A stretch of DNA of 42,602 bases from an uncultured Candidatus Saccharibacteria bacterium (GCA_964610795.1 CAZSWG010000001.1:1-42602), one strand, 5' to 3'; shown: positions 8,838 through 16,157, counted from the stretch's first letter. The notes: generated from the sequence alone by a model not told the origin. Numbers and translations: made by a program.

Positions 8838-9724
8838 TGTATCCAGCCCATATTTCTAATTTCTTCTTTCCAATTACTCGGCCAACTTGGCATACCGAGA
8901 AATTTATCATCTATAAACCATTCAAACCTGTAAACCATATTCGGCTCTCTATTGTTGAGCCAATGATCTGCTGACCAGCTAGAAGCCTCTATAGTACCTC
9001 CGGGGAATTTATAGAATCGCCCATAATGATTCCCCTTGTGGAGATGTGCATACCAAGTCTTCTTATTAACTTTCAATGCTCCGCCGCCGAACCATGTCTT
9101 AAACCCTATCTCCTGAGACTCCTGAGCGAACTGACCATAGCCTTCTTCATGTAGGCCATGAAGAAAATTATCAAAGTAGTCTTTAGTCATAAAATAGCAC
9201 GAACCCTGCATTGAAGGCGTATCATCAATTTCTTCTTTTATATATTCTTGCCATTTTTCTCTTTTCCACGGTACACCGTGCATACCATCATCGTGATCTT
9301 TACCTTTTCGGGGGAAATCTATATACATATAATCAATAGGATATTTATTATCAGTCCGTTCCTCTATTTTCCAATTTTCCGCATCCAGCGCATATCTTCT
9401 TGGTATCTGTACCCAATTATCCTTCAGGTGATTTTCAATGAGGATTTTTCCGAAGTTTGGGCCAAAAGCACAGTGATCGTCGGTTTTCATAATATATTTA
9501 CCTTTAGCCATAGCTACACAGGCGTTTATACCCGCCCTCAAACCCACAGGAGCGCTTGGATGGATATAGTGGACTCTTTCATCCTCTACAAGCGACTCGG
9601 GCCATTTCTCATCAATGTTGACTATAACCTCTAACTCACACCCAGCGTTTTTGAGTACATCTTCTATGGTTTTAGTAGTAAAAGGTGAATTTCTATTTGG
9701 TATAACAACCGATAACTCAATCAT
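8834..9724 (-). CDS. GT-A glycosyltransferase, GT27-like paralog 3
   Basis: LSVVIPNRN, a DxH motif at KTDDHCAF, SMQGSCYFMTKDYF, and GFKTWFGGGALKVNKKTWYAHLH. Confidence 0.75.
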   Translation of the reverse strand: MIELSVVIPNRNSPFTTKTIEDVLKNAGCELEVIVNIDEKWPESLVEDERVHYIHPSAPVGLRAGINACVAMAKGKYIMKTDDHCAFGPNFGKILIENHLKDNWVQIPRRYALDAENWKIEERTDNKYPIDYMYIDFPRKGKDHDDGMHGVPWKREKWQEYIKEEIDDTPSMQGSCYFMTKDYFDNFLHGLHEEGYGQFAQESQEIGFKTWFGGGALKVNKKTWYAHLHKGNHYGRFYKFPGGTIEASSWSADHWLNNREPNMVYRFEWFIDDKFLGMPSWPSNWKEEIRNMGWIQ

Positions 9725-9988
9725 TTAATTTACTCCTTGTACTATTATCCAGTCATTTCCTTCAAGATCACCTTGAGAAATCAGCCATGTATGAAATTTA
9801 CCTTTCGTATAAATAGTGAGCCATTCATCTTTCAAAAAACCGTAATCAGTATTTCCCCATGAAACTCGGGTTACCTTTTTACCCTTGATAACTTCCTTTA
9901 TTGCATCAGGGAAATCCATAGTTTGAGCCTTGCTCTCTATTCTTGGGGCAGGAGTTAATGTTTCTCCTTCAATTATTTGTGGTTCCAT
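9725..9988 (-). CDS. DUF2829-family small protein (the family that includes the Thoeris anti-defence sponge Tad2)
   Basis: FPDAIKEVIKGKKVTRVSWGN ... WLISQGDLEGNDWIIV matches the F-x-A-[IL]-x(4)-GKKV-x-R-x-W ... SQ-x-D-x(3)-DW-x-IV pattern of DUF2829. The start is taken at the internal ATG (9988), which is preceded by AAAGGAGG. Confidence 0.6.
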   Translation of the reverse strand: MEPQIIEGETLTPAPRIESKAQTMDFPDAIKEVIKGKKVTRVSWGNTDYGFLKDEWLTIYTKGKFHTWLISQGDLEGNDWIIVQGVN

Positions 9989-10148
9989 TTTTATCCTCCT
10001 TTCTTGATTGTGAAGCACTTACATTTTGAGTAGATAATTTTTGGAGATACTCGTAAATTGCTCTACGGATATGTTCAGTTAATGTCCCGGGAAGCCTTTT
10101 GAGGTATTCAATCTCAGTCTCATCTAAGAAGAGGTTAATACGTTTCAT
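9969..10148 (-). CDS. Ribbon-helix-helix (CopG/Arc/MetJ-like) DNA-binding protein, 59 aa; not in the ORF track
   Basis: My translation is MKRINLFLDETEIEYLKRLPGTLTEHIRRAIYEYLQKLSTQNVSASQSRKEDKNGTTNN. It has the classic strand-helix-helix layout. The gene overlaps the DUF2829 start by 20 nt and has its own promoter upstream. Confidence 0.6.
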   Translation of the reverse strand: MKRINLFLDETEIEYLKRLPGTLTEHIRRAIYEYLQKLSTQNVSASQSRKEDKNGTTNN

Positions 10149-10160
10149 ACACGTATGTAT

Positions 10161-10189
10161 ATTTTATGTAGGATTTTACTTTAATGCAA
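10161..10189 (-). promoter_or_regulatory. Sigma70-like promoter TTGCAT-N17-TAAAAT, 12 nt upstream of the RHH ATG
   Basis: Minus strand reads ccTTGCATtaaagtaaaatcctacaTAAAATatacatacgtgtATG. It lies in the only sizeable intergenic gap of this region. Confidence 0.55.
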
Positions 10190-10197
10190 GGAGCAGT

Positions 10198-10512
10198 TTA
10201 AGGGGTTTCGGCGTAGACGACTGTAATATCCGGGGCTGTGCCTGCGGCAGTTACAATACGAAGCCCGTTATATAGAGGAAAACCATACTCAATAGCTCCT
10301 ACATTCGCTGTCGTATCAAGTGTACCCTTTAGATTCTCTTCCGTATCTGCACTATCATAAATCTTAGCTGTATTAGAAGAAGCTCCTTTTGTATTAACAA
10401 CTATTCTAATCAATACTAATTTGCCAACAGGATTAGCAGGAACCGGAAGCTGTGTAGTCCCGTTTGTTGTTATATTGTATGTTTTATTAGCCGAAGCCTC
10501 ATTAGGATTCAT
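10198..10512 (-). CDS. Hypothetical small head-module protein
   Basis: 104-aa ORF, tightly packed after the Ser-rich head-associated gene. The sequence looks beta-rich and has no recognised motif. Confidence 0.5.
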   Translation of the reverse strand: MNPNEASANKTYNITTNGTTQLPVPANPVGKLVLIRIVVNTKGASSNTAKIYDSADTEENLKGTLDTTANVGAIEYGFPLYNGLRIVTAAGTAPDITVVYAETP

Positions 10513-10514
10513 AG

Positions 10515-11525
10515 TTATGGGAATGAAATGCTTGCACTCGGGCTTGCACTAGCTGATGGCGAAAGTGATCCAGATGGACTGTAGGACGCGCTGGCTGATC
10601 TTGACGCGCTGGCCGATGGCGATGCGCTCCCTGACGGGCTAAGAGAGGGAGAAGCCGACTTGGATGCACTGGCAGACGGACTCTTAGAAGCGCTTGCTGA
10701 CCTTGATCCGCTAGCACTACCAGATGCCGAGGCTGAAGCGCTTGCGGAAGCCGAGGCTGATTTTGAGGCTGATGCCGAGGCGCTAGCGCTGGCTGATCTT
10801 GACGCGCTGGCCGATTCCGAAGCAGACGGGCTGGCAGAACCAGATGGACTGAGTGATGCAGATACGCTGGCGCTTTCCGAGGCAGACGGACTAAGGGAAG
10901 CCGATGCACTAGCGCTTTCCGAGGCTGATGCACTGGCGCTTTCCGAGGCTGAAGGAGAAGCAGATTTGGAGGCGCTGGCGCTTTCCGAGGCTGAAGGAGA
11001 GAGTGATGGTGACGGGCTTGACGACTTTGATTCTGACTTTGAGGCGCTTTTGGAAGCAGAGGCTGACGGGCTAGCGCTCCCAGACGGCGAAACCGATGGA
11101 CTAACCGAAGGTGATACTGACGGACTTTCCGATGGTGAAGGACTTACCGATGGCGATGGCGAAGCTACTGCCGAACCTACTATACTCCAGATAGCGGCAG
11201 TTGATGTACCAGTATTCCTATACGCATTTCTGCCGGTTTTGGTAAGGTCATAGAAAATTGCACCTACTTTGAACCCCGAATCTCCTGTTGGAAGTGAATT
11301 ACCCTCTGCCTCTAAAATATTGTCAGTTGAAACATGATCTTCATTGGTCGCACTTGCAACTCGGTCATTATCCCATCGTAAAACCCTGTTTGTTCTATAC
11401 GGTAAAAGTGCCGTGAGAAAGTTTGCTTCAACAGTGGTCCGAAGTCCACTAGCTTTGGCCTCAATTCGTGCAAGCTCGGCTTGTGTATCTTTTGATAAAT
11501 CTGCTTTACGCTTAAATACTGCCAT
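10515..11525 (-). CDS. Head-associated protein with a ~120-aa globular N-terminus and a ~215-aa Ser/Pro/Ala tail (possible decoration protein)
   Basis: It lies immediately downstream of the major capsid gene. From residue ~121 to the C-terminus it is made of SPSxS/SASAS repeats. An AGGA lies 5 nt before the ATG. Confidence 0.65.
   Translation of the reverse strand: MAVFKRKADLSKDTQAELARIEAKASGLRTTVEANFLTALLPYRTNRVLRWDNDRVASATNEDHVSTDNILEAEGNSLPTGDSGFKVGAIFYDLTKTGRNAYRNTGTSTAAIWSIVGSAVASPSPSVSPSPSESPSVSPSVSPSVSPSGSASPSASASKSASKSESKSSSPSPSLSPSASESASASKSASPSASESASASASESASASASLSPSASESASVSASLSPSGSASPSASESASASRSASASASASASKSASASASASASASGSASGSRSASASKSPSASASKSASPSLSPSGSASPSASASRSASASYSPSGSLSPSASASPSASISFP
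10518..11165 (-). repeat. Coding Ser/Pro/Ala low-complexity array
   Basis: Same repeat class as 65-598, 37439-37642, 37962-40589 and 41220-42491. Confidence 0.9.
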
Positions 11526-11572
11526 ATTTTCCTATTAAAAAAAGCCTATTCTCAAAACCTAATGCTTTTTTG

Positions 11573-11600
11573 AGCTTTAGGCCTTAAGCTTTAGGCTTTA
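11573..11600 (-). repeat. Tandem 14-nt direct repeat just downstream of the capsid gene
   Basis: Plus strand reads agctttaggcctta / agctttaggcttta, with one mismatch. It contains AAGCTT and AGGCCT palindromes and can form a short hairpin. Confidence 0.6.
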
Positions 11601-11622
11601 CCAATCTAACTATTTATTCTCT

Positions 11623-12729
11623 TTAGAATGTGGCAAACAATTCTGCTGCTTGGTGTCTCATTATGTCTTTAACCTTAGCTCCATATACGAACAAGTCTTT
11701 GTAGGCTGTACCGAAGTCTCCGATTAAATCCTCTTCCATTCGTGCATCAAGTACCTTCTCTGCAAAGGTCAACCAATTCTGGTGTCCTGCAATACAGTGG
11801 TAGCCGTCCGTATTGTCGCCGGTAAGTCTATTGCTCTTAAACAATTGGAAGTTTTGCAAGTTACCCATGTAACCCTTTTTAACTAAATCCTGGTATGCCT
11901 CGTCTACATGAAGGACTATCCCGGTCCCTTGAGATAGTATTGTGAAAAACTCCGGAGGGACAACTAAGAACCTTCCCTCATCCGGCACTGATGAATACCC
12001 ATTTTTCTCAGCAAGATCAAGTGCCTGCTTTAACAATGCAACTTTATTCAAAATATTTGCGGCTGTGATTGCAATAACTGTATCTGCCTCAACTGTAAAC
12101 GTAGAGCTGGCTGCGATTGCTCCGCCTGTATAAGCTGATGTTATATCATCAAAATCATCTTCAATCGTGATTGAGGTTGTATTTGTAAAGGTCTTTACTC
12201 TGTACCAAGTCGTGTGTCCATCCGCCTTAAAGCCCCGGCCCACCATTGTTGAAGTGAATGTCGTTCCAGATCCAGTAACTACTCCTGTGGTTGCTGCTAC
12301 TTCAACTGTTCCGCCGGTTACATCAGTTCCAACCCTGTGTCCTGCTCCAACATCTGTATAAAGCCCAAATGCGAAGCTATCCATGTTTTTGGATCTTTCA
12401 TTGGCAACTTGAGTAACTATATAGGGATGTGGATCTTTGATGTAGGAAAGCCACTTATCAAGAGTTTTCTCTTTCCAATAGAAAGACTTGTATTGGTCAA
12501 TAGTTAATTGACCGTTGTTTTCCGAAAGAGAGTCTGCTGTAAGCGCTGCGTCTGCGTAGGTTTTTTCTGTAAGTTTGCTGAAATCTAAAACATTTAGGAG
12601 AGAGCCTATGGCGTTAATTTCGCCTTCATAGTTTCTGTTAACAATAGAATCAAGCAAATTCCTGTCATACATCTGTTGCATGACTTTGCTTGAAAAACCT
12701 TCTGCTAGCTTTGTTCCGTAGTCTGACAT
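11623..12729 (-). CDS. Major capsid protein (probably HK97-fold)
   Basis: 368 aa, positioned directly after the scaffold-like gene and downstream of the portal. It has its own near-consensus promoter. The call rests on size and synteny, not on a motif. Confidence 0.65.
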   Translation of the reverse strand: MSDYGTKLAEGFSSKVMQQMYDRNLLDSIVNRNYEGEINAIGSLLNVLDFSKLTEKTYADAALTADSLSENNGQLTIDQYKSFYWKEKTLDKWLSYIKDPHPYIVTQVANERSKNMDSFAFGLYTDVGAGHRVGTDVTGGTVEVAATTGVVTGSGTTFTSTMVGRGFKADGHTTWYRVKTFTNTTSITIEDDFDDITSAYTGGAIAASSTFTVEADTVIAITAANILNKVALLKQALDLAEKNGYSSVPDEGRFLVVPPEFFTILSQGTGIVLHVDEAYQDLVKKGYMGNLQNFQLFKSNRLTGDNTDGYHCIAGHQNWLTFAEKVLDARMEEDLIGDFGTAYKDLFVYGAKVKDIMRHQAAELFATF

Positions 12730-12732
12730 TTT

Positions 12733-12758
12733 GGTAAAAGTTGAAGATTACTTTTACC
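12733..12758 (-). promoter_or_regulatory. 8-bp stem-loop in the capsid 5' UTR, ending 3 nt before the ATG
   Basis: mRNA reads GGTAAAAG-taatcttcaa-CTTTTACC-aaa-ATG. No Shine-Dalgarno is visible. Confidence 0.5.
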
Positions 12759-12793
12759 GGCTCTTACGAGGTTAGGAAGTTATCTAATGTAGA

Positions 12794-12823
12794 ACTATAA
12801 AGACTACTCTTACTTCTTGTCAA
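12794..12823 (-). promoter_or_regulatory. Class-A promoter TTGACA-N18-TATAGT for the capsid gene
   Basis: Minus strand reads TTGACAagaagtaagagtagtcttTATAGT. It has the same 18-nt spacing as the promoters at 20339-20368 and 23372-23401. Confidence 0.6.
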
Positions 12824-12839
12824 TACCCCAATTTTGTAC

Positions 12840-13646
12840 CTAAAGGTTTGATTCTATTTTTCCGGCGATAAGGTATTCCTTGTATTTATTGTAATTATTC
12901 TCTCGTAACTTTCTGGCTTCTTCAAGAGTTATCTTATCGGACTTTAGTTTTGGTTTATCATTCGGCCCACCGCTACCTCTTTCAAACATTCTCCCTTTGT
13001 TGATCTGTTTATTTTTGGCGTGTTCGTGTAAGAAAGCGGATACTAAAATAGTAAATGGTACACTATTATTCGCTTCTTGTGTTGCAAACGTCTTAAACTC
13101 TTCAGTCTTTCCTTCTAAATCCGGGCTATCAACTAACGTCTGTGGATCACCTAAAAATGATTCTACCGATTCATTCCACTTCTCAATCTTACTGGCTTGT
13201 GCTTTAGCCTCTGATATGACCTTTCTCCAATTACGGCTGATTACCGTTTCTTTAGCAAGAGTTTTCTCAAACTCACTCATTACCTCCCAATCGCTAAATT
13301 CTTTTGCCAATTCTTCTTCTGTTGGCTCCGGAATGTCGTCAGCCTCAGTGAGAGCTTTGTTAATAACCCGATTCTTCGCGTAAATCTTCTGATTTTCCCG
13401 GGCAGATGCGGATGATTTCTTTTTCTCTGCATCTAATTTTTTCTTGAGTGCTTCTTTTTCTTCTTCGAAAGGTTCAGCCCGTGGCTCCGGTTCAGGTTCT
13501 GGTTCCGGATCTGGAGTTGGTTCCGGATCTGGGGTTGGTTCGGGTTCTGGTTCCGGATCGGAAGCGGGATCTGCTTCTAATGCCCTTCTTTGGGCTTCTT
13601 CAAGTTCTTCTTTCGTGGGTTTTATGTGTCCTTTAGGCTTTGGCAT
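12840..13646 (-). CDS. Scaffolding-like protein with an acidic (PE/PD/PT)n N-terminal tract
   Basis: It sits between the portal block and the capsid gene. It is highly charged and predicted helical, and contains PEPEPEPTPDPEPTPDPEPEPEPEP. Confidence 0.55.
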   Translation of the reverse strand: MPKPKGHIKPTKEELEEAQRRALEADPASDPEPEPEPTPDPEPTPDPEPEPEPEPRAEPFEEEKEALKKKLDAEKKKSSASARENQKIYAKNRVINKALTEADDIPEPTEEELAKEFSDWEVMSEFEKTLAKETVISRNWRKVISEAKAQASKIEKWNESVESFLGDPQTLVDSPDLEGKTEEFKTFATQEANNSVPFTILVSAFLHEHAKNKQINKGRMFERGSGGPNDKPKLKSDKITLEEARKLRENNYNKYKEYLIAGKIESNL

Positions 13647-13827
13647 TTCGTTTTTTTACCGGCTCCTTAACAGGAGGTTTGGTTTCTAATACGCTTTGAT
13701 ATTCTTCCAACTGTGAATTTTTAAGGTATGATCTTCTTGCTCTAAGAAAACGTATCTCATCAATAGTAAGTGTTTCAGGTTCTTTTGCGAGAATTTTATT
13801 TAAGTACTCTTGAGCTTCTGGATTCAC
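13633..13827 (-). CDS. Hypothetical small protein
   Basis: 64-aa ORF with a GTG start codon that overlaps the scaffold start. No motif recognised. Confidence 0.4.
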   Translation of the reverse strand: MNPEAQEYLNKILAKEPETLTIDEIRFLRARRSYLKNSQLEEYQSVLETKPPVKEPVKKRNAKA

Positions 13828-13859
13828 AGATAAATACTAAAGTATGTTTTTATCCTATG

Positions 13860-14048
13860 TCAAGCTCTGGATCTACCCCTCGCCTTCTGTCCCCCCGCTA
13901 TTGCACCAAAAAACCTTTTCTGTTTTCTACTCAGTTTTTTCCCTCTCACCGATCCATCAGATAAAATTTTCTTGGCTTTTGAACTCGTTAATTTGTGTCC
14001 TTTTTTTGTTGATCTTTTACCCTTTTTATAGCTACCTTTGTGTGGCAT
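13860..14048 (-). CDS. Very basic 62-aa protein (possible DNA-binding / internal head protein)
   Basis: MPHKGSYKKGKRSTKKGHKLTSSKAKK... About 40 percent of residues are Lys/Arg. It lies in the head module. Confidence 0.5.
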   Translation of the reverse strand: MPHKGSYKKGKRSTKKGHKLTSSKAKKILSDGSVRGKKLSRKQKRFFGAIAGGQKARGRSRA

Positions 14049-14054
14049 AATGTA

Positions 14055-14369
14055 TCACTTCCCCCCCAATCCCGCAATGGCTTTCTCAAACGCTATCTTA
14101 GCCTTTTGCGGTGAAATTAAGAACGATTCTAATAGCATATAATTCTTAAGTCTTGCTTTTAGGAATAGATCTGCTTGTAGGTCTAAGTTGGGCTTCGTCA
14201 GTTCATCTTCAACTGCACCCTTCATAGAAATAATATAGTCTCGTAGCTTCTCTGGGGTTAATTGCGCCTCGGCAACAGCATTAAGCATCGTAAAGTATGT
14301 CTGCTGTTCTTCAGGACTTAGAGTATCTATTTTTATTCCTTTTTTTTCTAGTTCGTCGGTTACCGACAT
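14055..14369 (-). CDS. Hypothetical head-module protein
   Basis: 104-aa ORF starting 1 nt after the portal stop. It appears helical and has no motif. Confidence 0.5.
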   Translation of the reverse strand: MSVTDELEKKGIKIDTLSPEEQQTYFTMLNAVAEAQLTPEKLRDYIISMKGAVEDELTKPNLDLQADLFLKARLKNYMLLESFLISPQKAKIAFEKAIAGLGGK

Positions 14370-14370
14370 A

Positions 14371-16149
14371 TTATTGAATGATTTGTGGCTGATTCAGTTG
14401 TTGTCCCCGCTGTGGTTGCCCTGGGATAATGGGTTGGGCAGGCGATAATCCCATTATACCATTTCCCATCATCATCATTTTTTGTTTCTCAAACTGCATA
14501 ATCTCAGTTATTTCATCAGGCGTTAGATCAGCAAACTCAAGAAGTTTTCTTTGATAGACTTCCCGCAACTTCGGATTATCCGCCATGTTCATCATAACTG
14601 CGTTTAGTTTTGTGAGTGAGTCGGTATCATTGGCTTTCTTCTCATCCTGGCTCCAAACCTTAACTCTATACCCGGCTTTTGTCATCCAGTCTTTCGGTGC
14701 AATCTCTCTTTCAAAAACATTATCTGTATTTTTTCCTTTCTTGTATATTTTAACCGCATCAAGTCTATCGGAAGCAGCTTCAATCAACTTTAAGAATTTA
14801 GTAGCTCTTTGTTTCCAGACATTCGTGTAAAATTTAGACATACCCTGCGTTCTTGCTTTTGCTTCACCTTGGGCCAGTTGTACCTCTCCTAATGTACGTT
14901 GATTCGAAGTCTGTACTCCCTGCTGTGTTGCAGTAGCCCCTGTTGCCTTCTCGGTCATCTCTGTTATGTAGGTCATCTCATCCAACGACTCAGATAAATC
15001 AGGAATATCTACCTTTTGTAACACATCAGAAGGTTTCCCCGGAACAGGATACCAACCCCACGGAACAGGATTAAAAGTACTAGGCACAAAGCCATCTGAT
15101 TTTAGTGAGGAATCGAAATAGTGCATACCAAAATTGCGGAGTGTACGATTCTCTACCAATTGTGAGAACCACGAATTAAGCACTTTATTGGGTACTCTTA
15201 CAATATCGGCTATCCCGTCTGTCCAGAAGTCTTGTTTGTCTACATCATCCCCCCAGGTGTTGTATCTGAAGTGATTACGCCAATAATGATCGGGTGTAGT
15301 ACCGATAATCTTTTCTTGAGGCTTTTTCATTAAAATTGTTCGTTCTTCCGCCTCAACGAATACGAATACCTGCTCTGCTTCAGAAATGTATTTCTTCCCA
15401 TCTTTGTTGTCTATCCACTTCTCCCCTTTATCTCTAAAAACAAAATGCATTGTTAACTCTACATACGTTTCTCCAAGTACAGGGTCTTCAGTATCAGGTA
15501 CTCCCATGTCAGCCATCTTTTTATTCTTTTGCTGAAGAGAATTTTCGTTATCTTTGGCTTTTATCATTCCAAGTTGCGACTCAAAAAATAACTCTAGCTT
15601 TGCAACTTCCTCTTGGTCGTAGTCGGGATTGTTTTTGAGACTACTTAGGGGCTTAAAAATGTGTATATGGATTAAAAACCGTGAAGAATCTATATCATGT
15701 GGATTCATAAACCGATCAACGAGCATGTCCTCCGAGTCTTCAACATCAAACACTATTTTTCCATCCTCTATTTGCCATGAGTCAAACGTCCTGCCGAAGA
15801 AAAAGTCCTGCTTTTTATCAACAATATCCTGAATCTCAGCGTTATTATCTGTAAGCGTCAACTTCCAATACTCGTTTTGAAAAACCTCTGCTTGTTTGTC
15901 ATTGTCTAAATTCTCAAACTGAATAACTGGCATATCGTCAATGTCCTTAAGAAGCGTCCGGAGAGTTGTTTTCATTAACGGGAGATTTACACTTTGGCGC
16001 TGAGTCAGACGATTTATTGTAACCTTGTCCCTATAGAGTTCGTAATTTTCCCGCCAATCTTCTTCCCGTCGTCGGCGGTAGTTAAACCCATTCTCTTTAT
16101 TGTTGAGAAGCATCTGAAGTTCTAAATTCTCACGTGTAATATCTGCCAT
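14371..16149 (-). CDS. Portal protein
   Basis: 592 aa, immediately downstream of the large terminase and upstream of scaffold and capsid. It has an acidic, Gln-rich C-terminus. Call based on synteny and size. Confidence 0.75.
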   Translation of the reverse strand: MADITRENLELQMLLNNKENGFNYRRRREEDWRENYELYRDKVTINRLTQRQSVNLPLMKTTLRTLLKDIDDMPVIQFENLDNDKQAEVFQNEYWKLTLTDNNAEIQDIVDKKQDFFFGRTFDSWQIEDGKIVFDVEDSEDMLVDRFMNPHDIDSSRFLIHIHIFKPLSSLKNNPDYDQEEVAKLELFFESQLGMIKAKDNENSLQQKNKKMADMGVPDTEDPVLGETYVELTMHFVFRDKGEKWIDNKDGKKYISEAEQVFVFVEAEERTILMKKPQEKIIGTTPDHYWRNHFRYNTWGDDVDKQDFWTDGIADIVRVPNKVLNSWFSQLVENRTLRNFGMHYFDSSLKSDGFVPSTFNPVPWGWYPVPGKPSDVLQKVDIPDLSESLDEMTYITEMTEKATGATATQQGVQTSNQRTLGEVQLAQGEAKARTQGMSKFYTNVWKQRATKFLKLIEAASDRLDAVKIYKKGKNTDNVFEREIAPKDWMTKAGYRVKVWSQDEKKANDTDSLTKLNAVMMNMADNPKLREVYQRKLLEFADLTPDEITEIMQFEKQKMMMMGNGIMGLSPAQPIIPGQPQRGQQLNQPQIIQ

Positions 16150-16157
16150 AGTTCAAG

